From Neocallimastix sp. 'constans' (Eukaryota), in NCBI GenBank assembly GCA_050613775.1, contig JBODTK010000115.1:496001-521318 (forward strand): a DNA stretch of 25,318 nucleotides. The letters run 5' to 3'. Shown one piece after another: positions 1 through 12,049 of this stretch (positions are counted from its first letter, which is position 1; every line of letters starts with the position of its first letter). The position numbers and the translations under genes were made by a program. The notes beneath the pieces were generated by a model. The model ran no database searches. It saw only the letters and a list, made by a program, of their open reading frames with translations, and was not told where the DNA came from.

Positions 1-58
1 TATTATATAATTATTATAAGATTATTATATTATCATATTTTATTAATTACATTTTATG

Positions 59-175
59 TTTTATTAATTATATTTTATATTTTATTAATTATATTTTATA
101 TTTTATTAATTATATTTTATATTTTATTAATTATATTTTATATTTTATTAATTATATTTTATATTTCATTAATTA
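59..175. repeat. 22-bp AT-only tandem repeat (TTTTATTAATTATATTTTATAT), about 5 copies
   Basis: Directly visible periodicity. Confidence 0.85.
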
Positions 176-2572
176 TTTTATTTCTTTTCACCAAGGGTGG
201 TTGATTGATATTTTCATTTGTTAATTATTATTATTTTTTTTTTTTTTTGATAATTTATATTTTATGATTATTAATATTTTACTTTTAATTATAGGTTGCT
301 ATAATTATAGGTTCAAATTTATATTGATATATATTAATATTTATATAAATATTTATATCTGTTGATTAATATTAGCTATTTGAATATTATTTTTATATTT
401 ATATTTATATTTACTGTTTTTTTTTTTTTTTTTTTTATTAAAATGTTTTATCCATACTAATTAATAGTTATTACTTTTACTAATATTCATGGAATTTATT
501 ATATTATTTTAATTATAATAATTATAATTATTATTATTTTTTTTATTTCTTTTTTATGTTTCAAATTGTAAATGATTCGAGAATTTTAATAAATGGAAAA
601 TGCTATGATACCACTTTAGAAATATAATAAATGTTAATATTTAATGATATATTAAAAGTAAACCTGGTCTTTAAATTACTCTAAAAATAATTAAAAAAAA
701 ATAATTAAAAAAAAACTAGAACTTAAATAATATTTAGGTTCTAGAAAGAACTTTTTTTTTTTTTTTTTTTAATCACTATTAATTAAATAATACAAATATT
801 TTTTGAAAAGTAATATTTAATAAATAATTTAAATAAGTTTTAAAGCTAAATATTAAAATAATATTAATTAAAAAGAAAAGGTGGAAATGGGTTTATATCA
901 AACTATTATATACTATATATTGAAATAATTCATTAAAAAGGTTTCTATATGCAAATACTCATTAATGATAATAAAAAATAAAAAAAAAATAAAAAAAAAA
1001 AAAAAAAGAATATAGAATGATATATATATATATTAATCACTATTATAATTAAAACTTTTTCATTTTTATTATGATTTCCAACTTTTTTTTTATATTTTCA
1101 TTAAACATCTTTTATTATTATATTTTAATTCGAATTCTACATATTCTTTATATTTATCATTATAATCCATTCTTCTTTTCCTCATATTAATTTAATCATC
1201 ATAAAATGAACTATGCAATATCATAATATCATTTAATTTATAAATATAGTTAAATTTTATTTTATTTTATTTTATTATATTTTATTTTATTTTTAGTTTT
1301 TTTTTTATAATTATTATTATTATTATTATTATTATTATTTTTTTTTTTCTAATTATTATTAAAATTAATCATTTCAAATTATTTTAACCATATCAACATT
1401 AATTAATTAATTAATTAATTAGGATTATCCCTTTTTTTTTTTGCTCAACTGAAATTGAAAAGTAATTTCTAATGCTATCTCATTCTAAAACTATTCACTA
1501 CTAAAAAAAAAAGTTTATATATCCTTTAGTTGTTACTATGATAATATGATAATATAAATATAAATATTAAATATTAAATATTAAATATTAAATATGATAA
1601 TATAAATATTAAATATTAAATAATAAATATTAAAATATAAATAATAAATATTAAATATTAAAATATAAATATTAAATATGATAATATAAATATAAAAATA
1701 TTAATATAAATATAAAAATATAAATAATAAATATAAATAATTAAATAATAAATATTAAAAGCATCTATTTCTATTCAAATTTCAAATATATCAATTCTAA
1801 TATATTTATTCTAATATATATTATGAATATATTTGTTATATTCCAATATATATTCTAATATACTAATTCCATATATTTATTATATTCTAATATATGCTCT
1901 ATTTTATTTATAATATATTCCAATATATACTAATATATGTGTTTAATAGAAGATGAAAAAAGGAAAATAGAAATTTAAATTTATATTTAAATGTAAATGA
2001 AATAAATTAAAAAAGAAATAAATCAATAAAAAATTTTAATTAACTTTAATTTTAATAATTTTTTTTTATTTATTCAATAATTATTCAATTATAATTAAAT
2101 GAATGAATAAATGAATAACAATTTAAATAAATTATTTCACCTATCCTAAGTATAATTCATATTAATTATTATAAAGTAAATAGATGAAATAGATAAATGT
2201 CAATAGGTTTTAAAGAAAAGAAAAAAAACTTTATTTATATTTAAAAACATAAAAATGAAATAAAATAAAAAAAAATGAAAATTGGACTCCTTTTTTTTTT
2301 TTATTTTATTTTATTATTTTATTATTTTATTATTTTATTATTTTATTATATTATTATTTTATTATTTTATTATTTTATTATTTTATTATTTTATTATTTT
2401 ATAATTTTTTCTATATTTTTATATTTTTATATTTTTATATTTTAATTTTCTTTTTTTTTCTTTTTTATTAATTATTAATTATTATTTAATTATTAATTAA
2501 TTATTAATTATTTAATATTATTAATTATTAGAATAAAAAAAAAAAATAATAAAAGAGAGGAAAAAGAACCAA

Positions 2573-2605
<33 letters not shown>

Positions 2606-3277
2606 CAAAGTTCAAATTTTTTATAATAAAATAATAAATAAATATAAAAATTTGTAGTTGTTTTTAAAAATTGTTTAATAATATTCGTTTTTTTTTCTTT
2701 TTCTTTTTTTTTCTTTCTTTTTTTTTTTTTTTTTTTTTTTGTTTATTTGTTTCTAATTTATTTTTTATTTTATTTTTTTTTAATTAATCATATTATTTTA
2801 TAAATTTAATTTTTTTTTTTTATAAAAAAAAAAAGCACATTTAATATAATATTTTTCATATAAAAAAAATTTTGTTAAATACGATTATAATTTAGATTTA
2901 TTTTGAATATCTTTCTTTTTTTTTTAATATAATTTAATTTACATAAAGCAAATTTTGATAATTTGATGAAATTTTAAAGTGCAACTATATATATAAAATA
3001 ATAATAAAAATAAATTAAATTTTAAAAGACAGTAATAATTTAATAATTCTACACAAACACATATACACATACACATTAAAAAAAAAAGAGAAACTTTTAA
3101 ATTCATTCAACAACATAGATTATATTTTGAAATAAAAGTCAGTTCATATTAAAGTAAGATATTTATTAATTATATATATATATATATATACTATATAAAT
3201 ATAAAATGAAAAAAAAAAAAAGAATAATTAAATATATATAATGTTTGAATTACAATTAAAAGAAATAAAAATTTAAT

Positions 3278-3314
<37 letters not shown>

Positions 3315-4008
3315 TTTAAAGGTGTCTTTAAAATGAAAATTTTTGTATTTTTTTTTTTTTTTTAACTATATTTTTATTTCAGACGTTTATTATAAAAGAT
3401 AATATATATTTTTATATATCTGATATAATATAACGTAATTATAATTCTTTTTATATATATTTAAAAAAAACAAATTAAATATAAAGTTTATATATATATT
3501 ATAAATATTATTTTATTTTTTATTATTTTTATGTTATATAAATGAAACTAATAAATAATTTTCCATTTCAAATTAATAGGTTTAAATTATAATAATCAAT
3601 AATAATCAAAAGAACTTCCAATAATAATAATAATAAAAGTCATTTTTCAATAATAATCTTTTCCCTTTTTTTTTTTTTTTAGAATTATTAATAATTTTTT
3701 TATTTTAAAAAAATCAGTTCAATGGTTTACTTTTAACAAATAATAATATTAAAATTATTTTGTAAAAAAAAAAAAAAAAAGATTTCCTTTTTTTTTTTAA
3801 TATTAAAAAGGATTTATTTTATTACAGCAAAATTAAGAGACTTTTTTGTTTAAAAAAAAAAAAAAATTGTAAATATATTTTAATAATTTAATAATAATTT
3901 TTAATTTTAATTTTTAAGAAAAAGTTAAATAATAATATTTATATTAAAAAGAAACAGTTTAATTAAACAACAAAACAACAACAACAACAATAATAAAAGT
4001 AATCAAAA

Positions 4009-5772
4009 ATGAAAAGTTCAAAAATAAAGTCAACTATTACTCACCTTTTCAAAGGTAAATCCCACAAATTAGATAAATATCCAACTTTTGATTCCCCAAC
4101 GATTCTCTCTGAACCTATTTTTGAAGATAAAAAATTAGGAAAAAGTCATGGAAATAAAAAATCTCATAAGAAAACGAAAACTAATTTAAATTTAATTGAT
4201 ACAAAGAAAAAAAATTTAGGTGAATTCCCGGTATTACCTTCTCCTATCAACGATTCTAATGAATCAGCTAAATTAACTGCTCAAGAATTTGCAAAAGCTG
4301 TCGGTATTAAAATTTTACATAAGACGGATGAGGAAGAGGATGAAGATTGTAATTGTGAATATTGTAGAGCTCGCTATAATCCTAATCCTAATCCAAATCT
4401 TAATCTTGATCTTAATATGACTTTAAATTCTGATGGTAGAAATGCTTTACCCGATCAAACTTTTCCTCCAGAAAATAATATTTCTTTTCAACAAATTCCA
4501 AATGTTTCTTCAAATCAATTTTCTCTTCATCGTGGTACCATTATTTCCTCTACTAATACTGCTACTACTACTACTTCTACTACCAATACCAATACCAATG
4601 GCAATGGCAATGTCAATACCAGTAATAATAACAGTAATAATACTATTCAAGATTTTAATATTCCTCCCTTCCCAACTTATAATATGAATTTCAATTTTGG
4701 TAATGATAAATTAAATAAATGTTCCAGTAATTCTTCCCTTAGTTCTAATCATTCTATCGTTAACAGTAGAACTATTGGTACTCCTGGATATAATTGTCAT
4801 CGTAATAGAAAAAATTCCGTTTCTAAAGTGGTAGATATGTCTCTCTTTATTCCTCCAACAGAAGAAGAAATTAGACTTCGTAGTGGTTCTTCCTTATCCC
4901 TTAATTCTACTCCTGAAACGACCACCTCTACTATTCAAACCTATGCTCCTAATGAAAAATTTATGGGTGGTAGTTTAGATAGATATAGAAATCATCATGC
5001 TCATCAAAATAATTATGGTTTCTCTCCAATTATTAGTCGTGAAAGATCTTCTTCCACTTGTATTGCTTCTACTTCAAGAAATAATCATATTAAGATGATG
5101 AGTAATAGTAATAGTGGTAATAATATTAATAGTAGTAGTTATATGTTTAATGACTATAGAACTTCTCCCATATTTAGAGATTCTAATCTTGGTTATCCTT
5201 CTCTTCATCAACTCAACAACAATAAATCTTTCCATCGTTGTGATTCCGGTACTGATCTTAATGCTGCTATGATGAATAATGCTACTACTAGTGCCAATGC
5301 CAATGCTAATGCCAATATTAATCCTTCTTCACCAAATAAAAGACCTTATCCAAATTCACTTGCTTCTTCTTCATCTTCTACTACTCTTTCTTCTTCCCTT
5401 TCCTTAACTCATATTACTCAATCTCAAAGTCTTGCTCAAATACCATCATCACAATCTTCTTCTTCCTCCATTCAAAAAATTCAAATTTCAAGTAAATATT
5501 CCCCAAGACCAAGAAATGCCCCACCTTCTTCTACCACTCCACTTTCTTCAAAATCTTCCATTTCTTCTTGTTCCTCCTCCATTACGACCATGAAACCACA
5601 AAGTAATTTAAAGATTACAAGATCAGTGACCATTACCGAAGGTACTCGTCGTGCTGAAATTGATATTCAACCTATTGAACCTGATGAAGTAAAAGTTTAT
5701 ACAAAAGGTCGTTTCACCATCACCTGTGAACATTCTAGACGTCCATCGGTTCACTCTTTTCAAGTTAATTAA
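4009..5772 (+). CDS. Hypothetical Ser/Asn/Thr-rich, largely disordered protein (587 aa, single coding exon)
   Basis: 1764-nt uninterrupted ORF, clearly more GC-rich than its flanks, with T/A-ending host-like codons and an AAAATG start context. Low-complexity tracts separate short ordered-looking islands (LTAQEFAKAVGIKIL, EEEDEDCNCEYC, VVDMSLFIPP, VYTKGRFTITCE). No family recognised. Confidence 0.85.
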   Translation: MKSSKIKSTITHLFKGKSHKLDKYPTFDSPTILSEPIFEDKKLGKSHGNKKSHKKTKTNLNLIDTKKKNLGEFPVLPSPINDSNESAKLTAQEFAKAVGIKILHKTDEEEDEDCNCEYCRARYNPNPNPNLNLDLNMTLNSDGRNALPDQTFPPENNISFQQIPNVSSNQFSLHRGTIISSTNTATTTTSTTNTNTNGNGNVNTSNNNSNNTIQDFNIPPFPTYNMNFNFGNDKLNKCSSNSSLSSNHSIVNSRTIGTPGYNCHRNRKNSVSKVVDMSLFIPPTEEEIRLRSGSSLSLNSTPETTTSTIQTYAPNEKFMGGSLDRYRNHHAHQNNYGFSPIISRERSSSTCIASTSRNNHIKMMSNSNSGNNINSSSYMFNDYRTSPIFRDSNLGYPSLHQLNNNKSFHRCDSGTDLNAAMMNNATTSANANANANINPSSPNKRPYPNSLASSSSSTTLSSSLSLTHITQSQSLAQIPSSQSSSSSIQKIQISSKYSPRPRNAPPSSTTPLSSKSSISSCSSSITTMKPQSNLKITRSVTITEGTRRAEIDIQPIEPDEVKVYTKGRFTITCEHSRRPSVHSFQVN

Positions 5773-6300
5773 TTAATATTCCAGAAAAAAAAAAAAATTA
5801 TTTTTTTTTGTTCTCCTTTTTTTTTTTTTTTTTTTTTTTTTATTGATTAAAAAAAAAAAAAAAAAAAAATCACCAAAAATAAAAAAAAATACAAAAAGAA
5901 ACGGAGAAGAAAAAAAAATTATATATATATATTTTCTTAAAGTTTGTATAAAAAAAAAAAAAATCAAAAAAAAAAAAAAAAAAAAAGAATACAATTCAGT
6001 TTAAAAATTAAGGAAGAAGAAGAAAAAAAAAAAATAGAAAACATAAAGCCAATTTATTTATAGAATTTTATAATGACTTATATACATATATTAAAACCAT
6101 AAATAACAAAATAATAATATATATATAAAAAAAAAAAAAAAGAAATTCAACTATAGAAATCTTAATAAATAAAATCATATAGATAGATTAAAAATAATTT
6201 AAAATAAAAGTTAAAAAAGAAATAGGAAAATTATTATTTATTCACAAACCAACATACCAACCAACAAAATAATCAACTCTATAGAATGATACATTTATAA

Positions 6301-6334
<34 letters not shown>

Positions 6335-7534
6335 AAAAAAAATTATGAAATAAATAATAATGTTATTTAAATACCTACAAATAATATATTTATAAAATAT
6401 CAATAATTATAATTATAATAACAATAATTTTTTTTTTTTTTTTTTTTACAATTTTAATAATTTAATATTTTACCACTTTAGAATTTAATGCCGGTAATTA
6501 AATTAAAAGCAAATAATAATAAATTATTGATAAAAAAAAATAAAATAATAATAATAATAATAAAAAAAAAACCAACAAAAACAATAAAAATAAAATAAAA
6601 AGAACAGATAACAATTGAAACAAAATCAAAAAAAAAAAAAAAAAAATATAAATATAAATATATAAATATTTAGAAATGAAATGAAAATACCAAAATAAAA
6701 AAAAAAAAAAAATAAAAGAAATAGGCAAATATTAACAACCACCACAATAACAATGATAATAAAAAATATTGATTTCCTTTACTTTTTTTTTTTTTAATAT
6801 TAAAAAAAAAAAAAAAGTAAAAGTAAATGTTTATTAATTTAAGGGAATAGTTTAAATGATATTAATATAATGAAAAAGAAAAAAAATTTTTTTTTTTTTT
6901 TATATATATATTAATATTATTTTATTATTCTTTATATTTACTAATATATATATTAAGAAAGACAAATATAATATAATAAATAAATAAAAAAGCCTGAAAA
7001 AAAAAAAAAAAAACTGAAAAAATCAGTATAAAACCAATATAGACAAGCAAATAAATAAAAAAAAAAAAATAAAAAAAAATTTGATTATTATCAATCTTGA
7101 AAAAATACAAAACAAAACAAATTATCCTTGTAATTAATATAATAATTATAATAATAATATTTTAATGTTTAAAAGATAGAAAACATTAAAATAACTAAGT
7201 AAAAAAAAAAAAAAAAGTTTTTATGTTTATGTAAATAATTAATTTTATAGAGAGAATTTAAATAATATAAAAATAAAAAATATAAAAAAAAAAAAATTTT
7301 TTTTTTTTATATATATTATTTTTATTTTTATTTATTTTATATATTACATGAAGATAAAACTTTTTTTTTTTTCATTCATTCATTCATTTATTTATTTAAA
7401 TAATAAATAAATAAATAAGAAAAATAGACAGATAAACCTCTGTATATAAGTATATATACATATTACTACATTTATGGTTTTATATAAACGATTTATAGAA
7501 ATTTGAAAATTTTTATATAATAGAATTTTTTTAA

Positions 7535-7566
<32 letters not shown>

Positions 7567-7611
7567 TGTATATATATTATATATATATATTAATACATAG
7601 AAATTTTGAAA

Positions 7612-7674
<63 letters not shown>

Positions 7675-7979
7675 ATAGAAATTTGAAAATTTTCAAAAAA
7701 AAAAAAAAAAAAAAAAAAAAAGATATATAAGTATTATAAAAAAAAAAAAAAAAACATTAGATTATGTTTTTATTTTTTTATTGTTATTTTTTTTTTTTTT
7801 TTAAATTCTTTTTTTTTCTTTATATAAATAAATAAATAAATAAATATAAAAAAAAAAATTTTTTTTTGTAAAATAATAAATGATAATAAATAAATAAAAT
7901 AAAAAAAAAAAAAAAAAAAAAAAAAAATTAAGAAAATTAATTTTTCTTTCATTTCTTTTATTTCATTTTTTTTATTTTA

Positions 7980-8010
<31 letters not shown>

Positions 8011-8070
8011 TTTTATTTTTTTAACATGCTTCTCGAGTCCATTGGTAAAGTTTTTCTTATAAAAAAAAAA

Positions 8071-8185
8071 AAAAAAAAAATTGACCTGTTATGGTTATGG
8101 TAGTGGTAGTGGTAGTGGTGTTTTTTTTAAAAAAAAAATTGACCTGTGGTGGTTATGGTAGTGGTAGTGGTAGTGGTGTTTTTCT
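8071..8185. repeat. Tandem duplication of a unit of about 58 bp containing (GGTAGT)3
   Basis: A-run-TTGACCTGT..TGGTTATGGTAGTGGTAGTGGTAGTGGTGTTTTT occurs twice, with TTGACC at 8081 and 8139. Confidence 0.85.
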
Positions 8186-8787
8186 TTCTTAATCTTGCCC
8201 TATATCTCCCTATCCCATCCCATCTCTTAAAAAAATTTTTAGAAGAAGAAGAAGAAGAATTTTCTTTTTTTATTTTTTTTTCTTTTCCTATAGTAAGTGA
8301 AGAAGAAGAAGAAGAAGAAATTTTTTTAATTTTTTATTTTTTATTTTTTTTATTTTTTATTTTTTATTATTTTTGTTTTTTTTAGACTTGTAATAAAACT
8401 TCATTTAAATAATATTTATTTTTATAAAATACATGAAAAATAAGATACATGAAATTTTTTAACATTGATATTAACCCTTTAATGAAACAAATTACTCGTT
8501 TAGGCCTATTAGCCTATTAGGTGTAAAAAAATAAAAAAAAAGTTATAATAAATAATAAATAAATAATAATAAATAATAAATAAATAATAATCAATAATCA
8601 ATAATCAATAATCAATAATCAATAATTAATAATCAATAATCACAATAATCAATAATAATAAAAAGAGTAATATTTATAAATAAATAATTTTTAAAAAAAA
8701 AATAAGTAAAAAGAATAAAAGTCACCATCTAAAATCATAATTAATAGATAATAAATTATAGAAAAAATAATATAATAAAAATACTGA

Positions 8788-8893
8788 TACTACTAATAAA
8801 TATAACTATTAATAATAATAACACTACTAATAAATATAACTATTAATAATAATAGCACTACTAATAAATATAACTATTAATAATAACACTACT
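8788..8893. repeat. 34-bp tandem repeat (CACTACTAATAAATATAACTATTAATAATAATA), 3 copies
   Basis: Directly visible periodicity. Confidence 0.85.
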
Positions 8894-8957
8894 GCTATTA
8901 CTATTTCTACATTACTACTATTAATATTTTAAAATAATATACAATTAATAAATAATT

Positions 8958-9175
8958 TTAAATAAATAAAATTAAAGTTTTAAAAATAATATAAATAGTA
9001 TAAATGTATACAAATATCATTAATGTATACATTAAATTATTTTTTTTTTTATTTGGCATTTTGTTATTTAAGTAATTATAAATAAATAAATAAAATAAAA
9101 GTTTTAAAATCGGAGGTCCAAAATAATATAAATAGTGTAAATGTATACAAATATCATTAATGTATACATTAAATA
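8958..9175. repeat. Local direct duplication of about 80 bp, each copy ending in the 16-bp palindrome TTAATGTATACATTAA
   Basis: AAAGTTTTAAAA...AAATAATATAAATAGT.TAAATGTATACAAATATCATTAATGTATACATTAAAT occurs at about 8960-9037 and about 9085-9174. The second copy has an extra TCGGAGGTCC. Confidence 0.8.
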
Positions 9176-9830
9176 ACAAAAAGCAAAATAAAAATAAAAA
9201 ATAAAAAAAAAAAAGATATTAATTATTGATTATGGGGATATGGCAGTTAAAACATACTCCTATAATATATAATGTAAATTATTTTAAAATCTATATTATA
9301 TAATATAATTAATATAATTTATATTCTTTTTTTTTTTTTTTTTTTTTTTTAGACAGGGAAGAAAATACCCTTCCAAAACTTTAAATTATTTAATATAATA
9401 AAATATGTTATATTATATTATATTATATTATAATATATACAAATAATAATTGATTGAATAGAATATATTAAAATAATTTTTTTAAATATAATATAATAAA
9501 TAATAAATAATATTCGAATAATAAATAATAAATAATAAATAATAAATAATAATATAATAAATTATATAATATATATAAATAATAAATAATAAATAATAAA
9601 TTATATAATATATATAAATAATAAATAATAAATTATATAATATATATAAATAATAAATAATAAATTATATAATATATATAAATAATAAATAATAATATAA
9701 TAAATAATAATAATATTTTTATTTTTTAATTTATCAATAAATAAATAAAAAAATTAAAAAATATTATGAAAATGATATTTATTTATTTATTTATTCAATG
9801 TTTTATAGATTAAAATAATATATGTAAAAG

Positions 9831-9840
9831 TATAAATAGG
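9831..9840 (+). promoter_or_regulatory. Candidate TATA box for the 10084 gene
   Basis: TATAAATAGG about 250 nt upstream of the ATG. Weak evidence in DNA this AT-rich. Confidence 0.25.
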
Positions 9841-10083
9841 ACTTTTTTTTCCATAATAAAATAAATTGATAGCTCATAAATTTTTCTTCATAAAAATTAT
9901 CGATAGCTTCTATTTAAATTAAATATTTATACTAATTATAGTATTATAAAATATATAGTCTTAATAAAATTTATTGATAAAAAAAAAAAAATATCTAAAT
10001 TATAACAGAAATAGAATCCAATATATATATATATACATTTTTTATATACAATTTTTTTTATTAATATAAAAGAAATAGTGAAA

Positions 10084-11418
10084 ATGCAAAGAAATTCAAT
10101 TAATACAATTTTAGATATTTTCTCTCAAACTCCAAGTGTTTTTCAATGGAACAATGACATTTATTGTACTATTGAAACTAATAAAATAGGATTAAGCGAA
10201 AATATCGATAATACAGCGGCTACAAAGAGAGCTGTAGGCAGACTTGATTTTGCCGAAATTGATGAGAAATTTAAAATCCAAAATTTTATACAATTTTTGT
10301 GTGAAGAAGATGAATTGAACAAAGGAAAGATCACAAATAGTTGTAAAATTGTTGGACATAGTAAGGAAAGTAAAATATATGTGGCAACAATAAAAGGAAT
10401 CCAATCTGGTATAACTGATCAAGATATACTAAATGAAATTAAAAAAATAGAAAGTAAAGGAAAAGGAAAAGAAGAAGCTGATGAAAATGAAGAAAAAGAA
10501 GAAGTAAAAAGAAGAAAGAAGTTTGAGAATAAGTTTTTTTTGGAAAGAATATGCGTGTTAGGGGAAGGAAATCACTCCTATCCTCAAACAGAATTAAGTG
10601 TTACCTTAAATGTTAGTAATGACCGAGATATATATTTTCACTATTTCATTATCGTGGAAGAAAACAGAATCTTGTTTTCTAACTTATTTATATGTAAGGA
10701 AAAACCGAAAGTGTATTTGAAATACATTGAAGTCAAAGGAAATAACTTACACTATTTCTATGAAGTTCAAAACGTTAGTGAAGCTGAAAGTACAATGGAA
10801 GGTGTTGAAATGGAATTGGAAAATGATCCTATTGAAAGAATAATTAATGGTACTCAATTTTTAGGTGAAGTATCCTGTCTCTTGAATGAAAGTGAAAAGA
10901 AACTTGGGGGAATATATTTGGAAAAAAATGAATATAAAATTAAAGCTAAAAATAATATTGTAGTTGGTAAAATAGTGGCTCTTAATGGTATTGAATATGC
11001 CATCGTGACTTTTAATGGCAATAACAGTGTACTTCCAAATAATATTGTTGGTAAATTTGTGCCAAAGAATGGAGAAGGAAGTATAATTTTAGGCGTCCAA
11101 AACAATGTAATTGGTGAATTTTATCAATTCAATGATAATTTAATGCTTTACATAAGCGATATGAACAATGTATTAGCACAATATTTGATGGCAAATGCTA
11201 CTGTACCTGAATATCTTAACAGCAATGTAAATGCAAATGAATATCTTAACAGCATTGTAAATGTAAATGAATATCTTAACAGCAATAAAAATGTTTTAGA
11301 ATATCTTAACAATGTAGATTTACTTGAATCTCTTAACAGCGTTGATTATGAATGGATTCTTAACCATAATGAACTTTACCGTTTAAGTCTAAAACGTTTA
11401 ATTGACGAATTTAACTGA
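10084..11418 (+). CDS. Hypothetical orphan protein (about 444 aa, intronless) with C-terminal 10-aa EYLNS repeats
   Basis: Open frame of 1.3 kb within AT-rich DNA that is otherwise full of stops. The ORF track starts at GTG 10078, but the first ATG (AAA ATG) is at 10084. The sequence is complex and globular-looking, with an acidic/basic linker (KGKGKEEADENEEKEEVKRRKK). No family recognised. Confidence 0.75.
   Translation: MQRNSINTILDIFSQTPSVFQWNNDIYCTIETNKIGLSENIDNTAATKRAVGRLDFAEIDEKFKIQNFIQFLCEEDELNKGKITNSCKIVGHSKESKIYVATIKGIQSGITDQDILNEIKKIESKGKGKEEADENEEKEEVKRRKKFENKFFLERICVLGEGNHSYPQTELSVTLNVSNDRDIYFHYFIIVEENRILFSNLFICKEKPKVYLKYIEVKGNNLHYFYEVQNVSEAESTMEGVEMELENDPIERIINGTQFLGEVSCLLNESEKKLGGIYLEKNEYKIKAKNNIVVGKIVALNGIEYAIVTFNGNNSVLPNNIVGKFVPKNGEGSIILGVQNNVIGEFYQFNDNLMLYISDMNNVLAQYLMANATVPEYLNSNVNANEYLNSIVNVNEYLNSNKNVLEYLNNVDLLESLNSVDYEWILNHNELYRLSLKRLIDEFN
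11209..11340 (+). repeat. Coding tandem repeat, 30-bp unit (GAATATCTTAACAGC...), about 4.5 copies
   Basis: GAATATCTTAAC recurs at 11209, 11239, 11269 and 11299, with a degenerate copy at about 11326. It encodes EYLNSNVNAN / EYLNSIVNVN / EYLNSNKNVL / EYLNNVDLL / ESLNS. Confidence 0.9.
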
Positions 11419-11722
11419 ACTTTTATCTTTTGGTAACATTAAATATCCACAGATGTAACTATTTATGTCCCTTAAATTATATATAATATATATAGTTCAA
11501 TCGATTTAAAGTTGGACTTGTAAAAAAAATTTAGGTATTATAGTATTATGATCAAAATCTTAATTATTATTAAATAATTATTAAATAATTATTAAATAGT
11601 TATGGTTTAGATCGTAATAGTGTTTTATTTAGCATTTTTTTTTTTTTTTTTACAATTTGGATCCTATGATATTGTAAACCTAAACCTAAATGAATTGATA
11701 AATATTGAATGTATTTAAAATA

Positions 11723-11756
<34 letters not shown>

Positions 11757-12049
11757 GGCAGAAAACTTGTTTCATCTTTATTAATTAAATATTTGAAAAA
11801 AAAAAATACATGTAATAAAATAATAAAAAAAAAAAAAAAAATAAAAAAATAAACAAAACAAAACAAAACAAAACAAAAAAAAAAAAACACAAAATAAAAA
11901 TAAAATAAAATAAAATAATGGTATAATAAATTCTAGTTTTATTTAATTAATATCTGTTAAGACTTCAACAAGGGCATTATTATACTGAAGTATAATAATT
12001 AAATTTTGACTTCACAATGTTAAATCCTAATTTTTAAGATAACAAAATT

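Noticed and set aside
1090..1250. Minus-strand coding-like patch (YKLNDIMILHSSFYDD*INMRKRRMDYNDKYKEYVEFELKY)
   Set aside because: It is short, has an internal stop and no recognisable motif, and cannot be distinguished from chance without a search.
7495..7720. Repeated ATAGAAATTTGAAAATTTT units and poly(T)-poly(A) hairpins as terminators or MITE ends
   Set aside because: Adjacent T and A runs are ubiquitous in this window, and no target-site duplication or defined element is visible.
8095..8178. (GGTAGT)n as a telomeric repeat
   Set aside because: There are only about 3 units per copy, the position is internal, and the unit is not TTAGGG.
5773..9179. Short Phe/Lys/Ile-rich ORFs (also 11600-11890, 12573-12779, 15736-15972, 17685-17975, 20971-21264)
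   Set aside because: They are translations of homopolymers and microsatellites, mostly with non-ATG starts and no coding signal.
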